Position numbers and translations under genes: made by a program. Below, one piece after another: positions 19,134 through 28,932 of a DNA stretch of 64,000 nt. Under the pieces are notes generated by a model. That model searched no databases, had not been told where the DNA came from, and worked only from the letters and a program-made list of their open reading frames with translations. Source of the stretch: a virus; IMG/VR virus record IMGVR_UViG_3300017784_007549, positions 1-64,000 of that record; one strand, written 5' to 3'. The number at the start of each line of letters is the position of its first letter. Position 1 is the first letter of the stretch.

Positions 19134-22100
19134 ATGAATTTTTATGTTAATGATACTGCAAAAATAACTAATTTTCCAGAAAGCGGAATAAATACTTTAC
19201 CATATTATACTGATGGTAGAACAAGCACAACCTCTAATTTTAGTAGAATTACTGTAGATGAAGATAATGTATACTATACTACTGCTAATCTTAGTTTTAG
19301 AACAAAAAATATAAATAATTTAGTAACTTTAGATTCAGATGGAAATATAATAAATCAATTAAAACCATATGTAGGAGGATTTTCCTTAAATTTAGCTTCA
19401 GAATCATTTAAAATAATTTACTCTGATAATACTTATCTTTACGCGTATATTGATAATTTACTTTTAAATAAAAGTAGTCAACAACAAACACTTCAAATTT
19501 ATCGTATTTTTAAAAGAAATTATACTATTGATCCAAATTTTTGTTTGACAATGCCTTCTGCAGGTGCAAGTAATATCCCCGTTAATAATTTAAAAATGTT
19601 TATTTATAATAATAAATATTATTTTACTACTCAAGGTATTGGTGTTATTAAAAACCCATATTTTTATAAAGATCAAAACTCAAGTTTAGGTTTATATATT
19701 ATAAAAAATAAACAATTAATTTCTAATTTTAAATTTAACCAATTAGGTTCAATCAATAAAATAAAATCATATAACGGACAAATATATTGCGCTACTCTCG
19801 CGGGAGGATCCGAGATTAATAAAATTCAATATCCTAAAATATTTAGATTAAATAATAAAAATCTTTTAGATCAATCTTTTTATCCATTTATAGATAGATA
19901 TAATAACACAAGTACAGCTGGGGCCGGCGCCACTGTATCTCAAGTTGCAGATTTTGCTTTTGTTAATGATGGAATATTTATTGGTGGAAATTTTCAAAGT
20001 GTAGGTGGAGATCCTTGCACAGGTTTAGCAAAAATTGATTATAGCGGTAATAGAATAACAGGTTTTAATGCAAATTTAGGTTTCTCAATTAGCACTACTA
20101 GTTTCACTAACATATTAGCCGTAGTATCTTCTGGTAGTGGAGTTTTTATTGGTGGTTTCCCACAAGTGTATTATAGTGGAGATACAACAAAAAATCGCTT
20201 ACTAAAACTTCATGACGATGGTACACTAAACGAAACATTTACAGGGTTTAGAGGCCTTGCTAGTAATAGTGTTGCAAATATGTTACTATCAGGAAATAGT
20301 TTGTATGTTGGTGGGTCAAATTTAAATAGTCCGTTAGGAATTTATGGAACAGGTGTTTTTAAATTAAATGCAAATGATGGATCTTTTGATCCAAATTTTA
20401 ACATTTCTATAAGTACTAGTACAGCTAATGATTTTAAAATTAGTGGAAATAGTTTATATGTAGCTACAAATACTCCACGGTTTTGGTATAATAATAATTC
20501 ACCACTAGGAGCGATTATAAGAACTGGTGTTATTAAAGTTAATGCTTCTAATGGAGAACCAGATCCAAATTTTCAAATTAATTTTAATGATGCCGGCGGT
20601 TTGAGCGTACAAGGTATGGCAATAAAAGGAAATGAATTACATATATGCGGTACTTTTACGGGTATAGAAAATAAACAAATCTATGGTTATGCAGTAGTAG
20701 ACACCACAGATGGAAAATTAATAGACACAAATAATTATTTTTATGATTCTGAAAATAATGTTAATTTAAGAGCTGTGGATTACGATACTGATAATTTAGT
20801 AATTGGTAGTGCAACTTCTAGTCAAAGATTACCATTTTATATTACAGGATATAATAGCGAATATAATTCAAGCGTACAAATTTATGATCAAAATTTTATT
20901 CCAGAAACTGGAATTAGTTCTCAAATTTTTTTAAATAGTAGAATCAGTACAAATTTTTCAAATACTGGCATTGTATTTTTAGCAAATAACACTGGACTAA
21001 TTTTATCTGGTAATGATGCAAATTATACTTTCGCATGCGCTTTAAATTTAGATAATTTAAATACAAATATTACAACTTTTTATCTTTCTGGAAGCCCACT
21101 TAGTACCATAAATACAATAGAAAAATATAATAATGATTATTTTTTTGGTGGTAGATTTACAAATCTTGGTTGCAAAGATTTTGCCACTGGAATTAATTAT
21201 TTAACAAAAACAAATTCAAGTGGCGTTATAGATAAGAATTTTAATCTCTTTCTTGCTGGAGAAGTTGGTATAACAAGAACTGCAGGCGTAACAGCTCTTA
21301 AAGTAGTTGGTGATAGTCTGTATGGTTGTGGAGCATTTACTGGTATTAGTGGAATTAGAAATTTCTTTAAATATAATTTAACTAGCGGATTTTTAGAAAC
21401 AGGTTTTAATTATTTATCTGATTATTGTTTTTTTCCTCAAGATATAGTCTCAGATAATAAAAATAACATATATGTGTCAGTTGTAAATAACTATTCATTT
21501 GATAGTGGAAATTTCTTTAAACTTAGTGATGGTTATATTCGAACATCTGGAACTATTTTAAAATTTAATAGTGGATCCTATAATATAGATCCAACATTTA
21601 CAAATAAACATTTTAATGCTGCTGGTAAGTACTTATATTTTGATGATAATAAAATTTATACCACATTGATTAGTCAAGGAAGGTCTGCTGGTTCAGATAT
21701 TTATAAAATTAACAGAAAAACTAGACAAATAGATTCATCTAACGTTTATATAAGTGGTGGACAAACTCAAACTGTATATGACATGTACAATGAAGGAAAT
21801 TATCTTTATATTGTTGGTTCATTTAGTGGAGTTAATAATACTGCAATTACAGGATTTTGCAGATTAAATAAAAGTAATCTAAGTGTTGACACATCATTTA
21901 ATTTTAATATAGGATCTGGAACTGCTGATGCATCACCTTACAAAATGGTTAAAAAAGATAATTACTTATACTGCATGGGAAATTTTGATAAAGTAAATAC
22001 TACTCCCATAACTGGATTAGCAAGATTTGATTTAACAAATGACACTTTTGATACAAGTTTTAAAATTGATTTTAGTGGAGCAGGATTAGGATTTCACTTT

Positions 22101-22778
22101 CATTTAGGCGCAGATTTTAGTGGAAATAATTTATATTTAGGTGGAAATAATCTAACAAGTTTTACTCCACCATTAAGTATTATAGATATACAAAATAAAC
22201 TTTTAAAATTTACTGGAATTGCTTTGGAGGCAAGCGCTAATAATGGTATTCTTACTTTAGAAAATGTTGGAAATGGTTTAATTGCTGGAACAACAGTTGG
22301 TGGCTCAAGATCTTCTAACAAATATTTACTTGTAAGAGCAAGAGGATTATTTCATCTTGGATATATATCAGGAGAGATAGATAATCCTTATACTTTTTGG
22401 GCAGGTAGCTCGACTACAGCAGTTCCTTATTTTAAATATCATCAATTATCTGACAGTATATTTACAACACAAACTTCTAATATAGGAAATAATAATAATG
22501 TCTTGGGAACTAGTCCCAATATAGTTACAGCTTACTTTATAATAGATAAAAATAAAAAATTTATTAAAAATAAATTTAACGTTGCACATGTCAGCGCCAT
22601 CTCATCACTCACAAATAATATTGTGCCATTTGTTTACAATAACGAATTATATATGGATTTTGCTACCACCCTTTTACCTAAAAAAGATTTTCCATATCAA
22701 AGATTTGTTACAAATATCACTCAAAGAAGTATTATTAAATTTAATGCGAACTTTGATAATTATGAGATTATTATTTAG
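19134..22778 (+). CDS. Beta-propeller repeat virion protein (delta-60-like repeats)
   Basis: IFIGGNF/YIVGSF...RL...G..D.SFN repeats. Confidence 0.7.
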   Translation: MNFYVNDTAKITNFPESGINTLPYYTDGRTSTTSNFSRITVDEDNVYYTTANLSFRTKNINNLVTLDSDGNIINQLKPYVGGFSLNLASESFKIIYSDNTYLYAYIDNLLLNKSSQQQTLQIYRIFKRNYTIDPNFCLTMPSAGASNIPVNNLKMFIYNNKYYFTTQGIGVIKNPYFYKDQNSSLGLYIIKNKQLISNFKFNQLGSINKIKSYNGQIYCATLAGGSEINKIQYPKIFRLNNKNLLDQSFYPFIDRYNNTSTAGAGATVSQVADFAFVNDGIFIGGNFQSVGGDPCTGLAKIDYSGNRITGFNANLGFSISTTSFTNILAVVSSGSGVFIGGFPQVYYSGDTTKNRLLKLHDDGTLNETFTGFRGLASNSVANMLLSGNSLYVGGSNLNSPLGIYGTGVFKLNANDGSFDPNFNISISTSTANDFKISGNSLYVATNTPRFWYNNNSPLGAIIRTGVIKVNASNGEPDPNFQINFNDAGGLSVQGMAIKGNELHICGTFTGIENKQIYGYAVVDTTDGKLIDTNNYFYDSENNVNLRAVDYDTDNLVIGSATSSQRLPFYITGYNSEYNSSVQIYDQNFIPETGISSQIFLNSRISTNFSNTGIVFLANNTGLILSGNDANYTFACALNLDNLNTNITTFYLSGSPLSTINTIEKYNNDYFFGGRFTNLGCKDFATGINYLTKTNSSGVIDKNFNLFLAGEVGITRTAGVTALKVVGDSLYGCGAFTGISGIRNFFKYNLTSGFLETGFNYLSDYCFFPQDIVSDNKNNIYVSVVNNYSFDSGNFFKLSDGYIRTSGTILKFNSGSYNIDPTFTNKHFNAAGKYLYFDDNKIYTTLISQGRSAGSDIYKINRKTRQIDSSNVYISGGQTQTVYDMYNEGNYLYIVGSFSGVNNTAITGFCRLNKSNLSVDTSFNFNIGSGTADASPYKMVKKDNYLYCMGNFDKVNTTPITGLARFDLTNDTFDTSFKIDFSGAGLGFHFHLGADFSGNNLYLGGNNLTSFTPPLSIIDIQNKLLKFTGIALEASANNGILTLENVGNGLIAGTTVGGSRSSNKYLLVRARGLFHLGYISGEIDNPYTFWAGSSTTAVPYFKYHQLSDSIFTTQTSNIGNNNNVLGTSPNIVTAYFIIDKNKKFIKNKFNVAHVSAISSLTNNIVPFVYNNELYMDFATTLLPKKDFPYQRFVTNITQRSIIKFNANFDNYEIII

Positions 22779-22840
22779 AAATATATTAATTTAAATATTA
22801 TAATATATAGTATTATCCAAATAAACACCACATAATTTTC

Positions 22841-22869
22841 TTGACTTTTCTAATATAAAATCTTATACT
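22841..22869 (+). promoter_or_regulatory. sigma70 promoter TTGACT-N17-TATACT
   Basis: ATG 22877 lies 7 nt after the -10. Confidence 0.8.
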
Positions 22870-22876
22870 ATATAAA

Positions 22877-23686
22877 ATGGATCAAAAAGAAATTTTTTTT
22901 ATTTCTGGTCTACCAAGATCAGGATCAACATTACTTTGCAATATTTTAGCTCAAAATCCTAATATCTTTGTAAGTAAGGCTACTAGCGGTTGTATTGAAA
23001 TATTATTTTCAATACGAAATCAATGGGATAGAATTGTAGAGCATCAAGCAGAGGGCATTGATAGAAATCAATTAAAAAAAGTTTTAAAAGCAGTATTAAA
23101 TTCTTATCATTTAACAGATAAAAATATAGTATTTGATAAAGGTCGCGGCTGGTTATCTGTGATAGAAACTCTTGAATTTGCACTAGATAAAAAAGCAAAA
23201 ATGATTTGCACAGTAAGAAATATCAATGAAATTCTTGCTTCTTTTGAAATGCTATGGCGCAATACAACAGGTCAAAGTCAATGGAATATAGAACAAAATA
23301 ATTATAATAAATCTCTTACAATAAAAGGCAGAGCAGAACTTTGGTCAGAAGCAGGACAACCTCTTGGAGATGCATTTAATAGACTCAAAGATGCAGTAGA
23401 CAGAGGATTCAAAGATAGATTATTTTTTATGGAATTTGATGATCTAACAAATAATCCAGAGCAAACGATGAGAAATATTTATGATTTTATTGGATTAGAA
23501 TATTATAATCATGATTTTAATAATGTAGTACAAATAACAAAAGAAGACGATGATAATATTCACCGAATCAAAGATCTTCACACAATACGATCTGTGGTAA
23601 AACCAGTACCACACAAAGCTTATGAAATACTTGGAAATGTTGCAAATCAATACTCTAATCTTGAATTTTGGCGCAATTTAAAATGA
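22877..23686 (+). CDS. PAPS-dependent sulfotransferase family protein
   Basis: FFISGLPRSGSTLL 5'-PSB loop; VRNINEILAS 3'-PB motif; FDDLTNNPEQTMRNIYDFIGL. Confidence 0.88.
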   Translation: MDQKEIFFISGLPRSGSTLLCNILAQNPNIFVSKATSGCIEILFSIRNQWDRIVEHQAEGIDRNQLKKVLKAVLNSYHLTDKNIVFDKGRGWLSVIETLEFALDKKAKMICTVRNINEILASFEMLWRNTTGQSQWNIEQNNYNKSLTIKGRAELWSEAGQPLGDAFNRLKDAVDRGFKDRLFFMEFDDLTNNPEQTMRNIYDFIGLEYYNHDFNNVVQITKEDDDNIHRIKDLHTIRSVVKPVPHKAYEILGNVANQYSNLEFWRNLK

Positions 23687-24555
23687 AAAATGTAGTGTTC
23701 TTTCTTCAAGGCGGAATAGGCAAACACATTGCATCAACAGCTGTTGCAGAATGTATAAAAAATAATTATCCAGACAGAGATTTAATTGTAGTGTGCCCTT
23801 ATCCAGAGGTTTTTCTTAATAATCCTTTTGTTCATAGAGTATATAGATCTAATACAGTTCAATACTTTTATAATGATTTTATTAAAGATAAAGATGTTAT
23901 TTATTTAGGGAATGAAGTTTATCAAAGTGACGAATATGTTGCAAAAAATAAACATTTAATTAATGCTTGGTGTGAAATGTTTAATTTAAAATATAATAAT
24001 GAACAGCCGAAATTATATATTAATCAAGCAGAAATTTATGATACTCAAACTAAATTTGCAAAAGAAAAGCCTATTTTAGTTATCCAACCTAATGGTGGAG
24101 TAGAAGGACAACCTAATAATAATTACAGTTGGTCAAGAGATCTACCACCTTTTCTCACAGAAAAATTAGTAAAAAAATTAAGTAACAAATATTATATTTA
24201 TCATCTTTGTAGACCAAATCAATTAAAATTTGAAGGTGCAGAGCAAGTGTCTTTGCCTTGGAGAGAAAGCTTTGCCTTATTAGCATTATCCACAGCTAGA
24301 TTATTAATTGACTCTTATTCACAACACGCTGCTGCTGCTTTAGGATTGTCATCTGTAGTTTGTTGGATTGGTACGAAACCAGATAAATTAGGTTATAATT
24401 TACATAAAAATATATTAGCAAAAGATAGCGCAAAAGCGTTTTATCATCCAATAGATGGTATTGTATCAGAGCAAGAGTTTATTGGATTATCTCATCAGTG
24501 CAATATAGATTTAATTAAAGCTTTTGATGAAAGCACGATATTAAGTTATTTTTGA
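23683..24555 (+). CDS. Glycosyltransferase, GT-B fold, GT9/heptosyltransferase-like; start revised to ATG 23683
   Basis: GGIGKHI, VVCPYPEVFLNNPFV, IDSYSQHAAAALGL..VV.W; ATGA overlap with the sulfotransferase. Confidence 0.8.
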   Translation: MKNVVFFLQGGIGKHIASTAVAECIKNNYPDRDLIVVCPYPEVFLNNPFVHRVYRSNTVQYFYNDFIKDKDVIYLGNEVYQSDEYVAKNKHLINAWCEMFNLKYNNEQPKLYINQAEIYDTQTKFAKEKPILVIQPNGGVEGQPNNNYSWSRDLPPFLTEKLVKKLSNKYYIYHLCRPNQLKFEGAEQVSLPWRESFALLALSTARLLIDSYSQHAAAALGLSSVVCWIGTKPDKLGYNLHKNILAKDSAKAFYHPIDGIVSEQEFIGLSHQCNIDLIKAFDESTILSYF

Positions 24556-24583
24556 TATATAATATATTAGATCATATAATATA

Positions 24584-24589
24584 GTGTAA
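24584..24589 (+). promoter_or_regulatory. GTGTAA putative late promoter of the lysis cassette
   Basis: 6 nt before ATG 24596. Confidence 0.65.
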
Positions 24590-24595
24590 TATCTT

Positions 24596-24880
24596 ATGAG
24601 AATTATGCTATCTAAAATATTTGGCCCAAATTGGAGATCTAGCTCATCTGGAATAGCCACAGTTGTAGCAGTTTGTACAGCAATAGCAATTCACTCTGAT
24701 CCTTCGTTGGTAGCATTTCTTCCAGATAATGCAGAAGTTTATATAACAGGAATTTCAAAATTAATTGCAGTTGTTTCTGGTATTGTTTTTGCATTAACAG
24801 TAAAAGATGCAGCGGTTACTGGTGGAACAGTAGCTCAAACAAGTGAAGCAAAAGATAGAACACATGGAGAAAAAGTATGA
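24596..24880 (+). CDS. Putative holin
   Basis: 94 aa, two TM segments, charged tail, first gene of the lysis cluster. Confidence 0.6.
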   Translation: MRIMLSKIFGPNWRSSSSGIATVVAVCTAIAIHSDPSLVAFLPDNAEVYITGISKLIAVVSGIVFALTVKDAAVTGGTVAQTSEAKDRTHGEKV

Positions 24881-25326
24881 ATAAATTAAAATTAGCCGCA
24901 GTTGCTCTTTTGAGCGTATTTCTTGGTGCTTGCGCCACAACCAATACTGGAAAAGTTGATGTTGCAACAAGCGTTGAAAATACTCTTCCTTATGTAAAGC
25001 CAGCAGTTGTATTAGCCTGTACAGTTGTTCTTGATCAAGCTGTTTCTGGTAACGATAGAATTGAAAAAGCCAAAATGATTAATCATGTTGCTGCTATCGT
25101 AGAAACATTAACAGTTGGAACTACCCCAACTCCAGAGCAACTTCAAAAAGCTCTTAATGATTATCTTCCAGCAGAAAAAACTCATTGGGCAAATTATGTT
25201 ACTGTAATCAAAGATCTTTATGCTCAACAATTTGCTAGACTAGATGGAAATGGTGCTCTTGCAGTAAAGGTACTTAACGCTATTGCATCTGGATGTAAAG
25301 ATGCCACAGCAAGTTACGTAGAATAA
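24877..25326 (+). CDS. Lipoprotein in the lysis cluster
   Basis: Signal peptide II ending in the LGAC lipobox. Confidence 0.75.
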   Translation: MNKLKLAAVALLSVFLGACATTNTGKVDVATSVENTLPYVKPAVVLACTVVLDQAVSGNDRIEKAKMINHVAAIVETLTVGTTPTPEQLQKALNDYLPAEKTHWANYVTVIKDLYAQQFARLDGNGALAVKVLNAIASGCKDATASYVE

Positions 25327-25328
25327 TC

Positions 25329-25529
25329 ATGCCAACTGGAATATTAACAGCACTACTTTCAGCAGTATCTGGAATATTCGCAGCAATTAATAACGTATTC
25401 GGCGCTAAGAATACAAAAGAAATGAAAGAGCGCCAAGAAGCTCAAAAAGAAGTTGATCATCAAAGTGGAATCGAAAATGCAGTAAAGGAAAAAGACCTTG
25501 AACAAGCTCGCAAGCATATTAGTTCTTAA
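25329..25529 (+). CDS. Putative inner-membrane spanin-like protein
   Basis: N-terminal hydrophobic helix plus charged helical tail; overlaps the next lipoprotein gene. Confidence 0.55.
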   Translation: MPTGILTALLSAVSGIFAAINNVFGAKNTKEMKERQEAQKEVDHQSGIENAVKEKDLEQARKHISS

Positions 25530-25914
25530 CTTTTTTCTTGTTGGATGTGCTACTGTGACACCAAATAAAATACAAGATGACAAATCATCTTATGACGCAA
25601 CCACACCAAAACAATATGATAAAGACAATGGTGGATTAATTTCTTTCATTGGCGATGATGCTCTCATCACGCGTCAGGCGCGCGAGCGATATAATAATTT
25701 AATTAAAATGTATAGAATCAAATTCAAAAAAGAAAAAGCAATTGATCTAGTTGAAGATTCTGGAGTTAAGCCTTATAAGGATAATTTTGGTAATGAATTA
25801 TTTCTTATTAGTAGTGAGCATCTTGTTTATTTTGGTGTTATGAACTCTTGGCTTAAAGAAAAAGTATCTCAAGATAATATTGTAGATAAAGTTATAGATA
25901 AAGTTAATAATTAA
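25498..25914 (+). CDS. Lipoprotein, putative outer spanin
   Basis: LVGC lipobox; overlapping arrangement typical of Rz/Rz1-like pairs. Confidence 0.6.
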   Translation: MNKLASILVLNFFLVGCATVTPNKIQDDKSSYDATTPKQYDKDNGGLISFIGDDALITRQARERYNNLIKMYRIKFKKEKAIDLVEDSGVKPYKDNFGNELFLISSEHLVYFGVMNSWLKEKVSQDNIVDKVIDKVNN

Positions 25915-25916
25915 AA

Positions 25917-26543
25917 ATGCTCTCAAAAAAATCCTTAGATCTTATTCTTGAATTTGAAGTTGGCGGTGGCGAAAACTATTATAATAAATTTTTAAAAAAT
26001 CCAGCTTGGCCAGAAGGTCAAAGTGGAGTTACAATTGGTGTGGGTTATGATTTGGGCTATGTAAATAAAGCTGAATTTAGCGAAGACTGGAAAGATCTTC
26101 CTAAAGAAACTTTTGATAGATTATATAAAGTTGTTGGTATCAAAGGATACAATGCGAAAAATCTTATTAGAGGATTAAAAGATATAACTATTCCTTGGGA
26201 TCTTGCGCTAAAAGTATTTAATAATAAAACAGTAACTAAATTCTATAATTTAACGCGCCAAACTTTCCCGAATTTTGATAATCTTCCAGAAGATGCAAAA
26301 GGTGGATTAGTTAGTCTTGTATTTAATAGAGGAAATGCATTAGAAGGTGATCGTCGTCGCGAAATGAAATTAATACGAGATGGTATGAAATTAGTAACTA
26401 CTTTTGATCAAAAAGCATTAACTTTTATAGCTAATCAAATAAGAAATATGAAAAGAATATGGATTGGTGGAAGCATAGAAAAAGGAATGAGTCGCAGACG
26501 AGATGCAGAAGCTAAATTAATAGAACAATCTTTAAACGTGTAA
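25917..26543 (+). CDS. Endolysin, lysozyme-like (pesticin C-terminal/GH24-like)
   Basis: ILEFE...SGVTIGVGYDLG; LVSLVFNRG; GMSRRRDAEA. Confidence 0.85.
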   Translation: MLSKKSLDLILEFEVGGGENYYNKFLKNPAWPEGQSGVTIGVGYDLGYVNKAEFSEDWKDLPKETFDRLYKVVGIKGYNAKNLIRGLKDITIPWDLALKVFNNKTVTKFYNLTRQTFPNFDNLPEDAKGGLVSLVFNRGNALEGDRRREMKLIRDGMKLVTTFDQKALTFIANQIRNMKRIWIGGSIEKGMSRRRDAEAKLIEQSLNV

Positions 26544-26551
26544 TATTTATT

Positions 26552-26701
26552 ATGAAAAAACTAATATTAATATTGCCGTTGTTTTTATTAATATCTTGCT
26601 CTGAACCAAATTTAGATAGTAGAGAATTACCAACTAAATACCCAGAAACACCCACTATGGGATCAGCAGATGATATCAGTAAAGAGCTTTATAAAAAATA
26701 A
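26552..26701 (+). CDS. 49-aa lipoprotein not in the ORF track (MKKLILILPLFLLISC...)
   Basis: Translated by hand; LISC lipobox; GTGTAA at 26538-26543. Confidence 0.75.
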   Translation: MKKLILILPLFLLISCSEPNLDSRELPTKYPETPTMGSADDISKELYKK

Positions 26702-26750
26702 TTAAAATTAATTAAAAATATCTCTTCTGTACGTGTATATTATATATAAG

Positions 26751-27335
26751 ATGAATTATAATTCTGAACAATATGGCTTTGAATTAAATGCCGAAAGAAA
26801 AGGACCAAAATCTGCAGCTCAAACTCCAGCAAAACCATCTGAAAGACGCAAAGGATCATCTCGCAATAAACCCGGCAGCGCAGGAACAAAAACTGATAAA
26901 GGCATTGAATATTCTAAGAAAGTAATCGAAGCTCTTAAAAATAAAGTTAAAGAACACAATAGTAAAAATAAAAAGAAAGTAACTTTAGGTCAATTAAAAA
27001 AAGTATATCGTCGTGGCGCAGGCGCATTTTCTTCTTCTCATAGACCGGGAATGACTCGGGGTGGCTGGGCTATGGCACGTGTAAATATGTTTTTAAAAAT
27101 GGTGCGTGGTGGCAAAGTAAAAGATTCTTATAAAAAAGCTGATAGTGATATTACAAGAGCTTCAATTTCTGACTATGAAGTAGAAGTTAATTTTGAACCA
27201 GACGATGAAGATTTTGCTCAAGCAGAAGAAGATATTAAAAATTATAAATTAGAAGACTTTGATTTTTTATCTGCTGACGAATTATATCTAGATGATGAAG
27301 AAGATGGTGTAATATACGGTTTAGATAATATTTAA
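26751..27335 (+). CDS. Basic/acidic protein with a DUF5824-like motif; start revised to ATG 26751
   Basis: LKKVYRRGAGAF..SHRPG...WAMARVN.FL; GTGTAT at 26733 is the promoter variant rather than a start. Confidence 0.65.
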   Translation: MNYNSEQYGFELNAERKGPKSAAQTPAKPSERRKGSSRNKPGSAGTKTDKGIEYSKKVIEALKNKVKEHNSKNKKKVTLGQLKKVYRRGAGAFSSSHRPGMTRGGWAMARVNMFLKMVRGGKVKDSYKKADSDITRASISDYEVEVNFEPDDEDFAQAEEDIKNYKLEDFDFLSADELYLDDEEDGVIYGLDNI

Positions 27336-27338
27336 ATT

Positions 27339-28916
27339 ATGAAAAAACAAAAATATCAATTTGAATCAATTTTTGCAAATATTAAAATTCGCCCAGTAGT
27401 TAGTGAAGAAAAAGATAAATACTTATCAGTTGCTTCACTCGATAAATTAAGAAAATTTTTACCAGAGATTAATACAGAAGATAATATCGATCTTCTTCCT
27501 GTAGCTTTTGATGCCTGTGTTGTTAATAGAGTTAATAAAAATGGCGATGTTATTGATGGTGAAACTGCTGCTAAAATTGCTAAAAATTTCGTTAATAAGC
27601 CAATTAATATTGAGCATAACCGCAAACAAGTTATTGGTTGCATCTTATCTGCTAGTTTTAGTAAATTTGGAAGTAATGAAAGTCTAGAAGAAGCTGATGT
27701 TAAATCTATAAAAACCCCATTTAATATTACTCTTGGTGGAGTTATCTGGAAAGTAGTTGATAAAGATTTAGCAGATCAAATTGAAGAGTCTAATGATCCA
27801 ACAAGTAATAATTATATGAGTATTTCAGCTAGTTGGGAACTTGGCTTTAATGATTATAATGTTGTGGTATTAGATAATGGCGAAAAGAATATTGAAAATG
27901 GCACGATCGTATCTGATGCTAACCAAATAGAAAAGATTAAAGATAACCTAAGAGGATTTGGTGGAAATGGTAAATTAGGTGATAAATCAGTATATAGACA
28001 AGTTTTCGGTAAAGTTGTTCCTCTAGGCGTTGGATTTACGTTAAATCCAGCTGCCGATGTTCAAGGTGTCGCAACACCTCCAGAAGAAGCTATTAAAATT
28101 GAATTAAAAACCAATAAAAGCTCTGAAGAAATTGAATTAAAAGAGGAGAAAAAAGTCGAAACTGTTGAAGAATCAGTTTCAGCTTCAGAAAATAATATTT
28201 CCCAAGAGGAAAGTTTAGATGTAAAAAAAGAGAGGATATATATGAAAATAACCAAAATTGAAGATATAACAGACAGTCTCCTTAAAGAAGTAACAGCCAG
28301 CTCTATTGTTGACTTTGTTGCTGAGGAGCTTAAAAAAGCTAATGAGAGTTTCTTGGCAGAAAAATCTGCTCAAGAAAATGAACTCAAAGCTGCTAACGAG
28401 AAAATTGCTACAGTAACTGCTGAACATGATGCAGTTAAAAAACAAGTTGAAGAACTTGGTCAAAAACTAGCAACTATCGAAGCCGAAAAAGAAGCAAAAG
28501 CAAAAGAAGAAGCATTTAATGTAAGAATGGCGTCTTTTGATGAAGAATTTGATCTCAGCGATGAAGATCGTAAAGTTCTTGCTTCTGACTTAAAAGATTT
28601 AACTGAAGAAACTTTCTCTGCTTATAAGAACAAAATGTCTGTTCTTATGAAAGAAAAGAATAAAGCCATGAAAAAAGAAAAAATGGATAAAAAGATGAAA
28701 GATCGTTCAGATGCACAAGAAGTTAAAGCTTCTGAAGAAGCCGCACAACAAGTTGCGCAAGAAATTTCTACAACCCAAGATGTTGTCGAACAAGCTGTTG
28801 ATAATGGATCAAAAGCTTCAATTGAAATTCCAAATTCCGCCCCTGCCAGTCAGCCAAGCGTAAAAGAAAAGTACGCAGCAGCTTTCGGGTTAGATGGATT
28901 TGAATTAACTAAATAA
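27339..28916 (+). CDS. Prohead protease fused to a C-terminal scaffold
   Basis: NKNGD, PINIEH, SASWE, GFTLNPAA protease pattern; Glu/Lys-rich coiled-coil C-half; upstream of the capsid genes. Confidence 0.8.
   Translation: MKKQKYQFESIFANIKIRPVVSEEKDKYLSVASLDKLRKFLPEINTEDNIDLLPVAFDACVVNRVNKNGDVIDGETAAKIAKNFVNKPINIEHNRKQVIGCILSASFSKFGSNESLEEADVKSIKTPFNITLGGVIWKVVDKDLADQIEESNDPTSNNYMSISASWELGFNDYNVVVLDNGEKNIENGTIVSDANQIEKIKDNLRGFGGNGKLGDKSVYRQVFGKVVPLGVGFTLNPAADVQGVATPPEEAIKIELKTNKSSEEIELKEEKKVETVEESVSASENNISQEESLDVKKERIYMKITKIEDITDSLLKEVTASSIVDFVAEELKKANESFLAEKSAQENELKAANEKIATVTAEHDAVKKQVEELGQKLATIEAEKEAKAKEEAFNVRMASFDEEFDLSDEDRKVLASDLKDLTEETFSAYKNKMSVLMKEKNKAMKKEKMDKKMKDRSDAQEVKASEEAAQQVAQEISTTQDVVEQAVDNGSKASIEIPNSAPASQPSVKEKYAAAFGLDGFELTK
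28242..28916 (+). CDS. Possible nested scaffold protein from an internal in-frame start
   Basis: GAGG SD-like sequence plus atatat before the in-frame ATG (Met302). Confidence 0.5.
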   Translation: MKITKIEDITDSLLKEVTASSIVDFVAEELKKANESFLAEKSAQENELKAANEKIATVTAEHDAVKKQVEELGQKLATIEAEKEAKAKEEAFNVRMASFDEEFDLSDEDRKVLASDLKDLTEETFSAYKNKMSVLMKEKNKAMKKEKMDKKMKDRSDAQEVKASEEAAQQVAQEISTTQDVVEQAVDNGSKASIEIPNSAPASQPSVKEKYAAAFGLDGFELTK

Positions 28917-28932
28917 ACAAGGAGATAATCAT

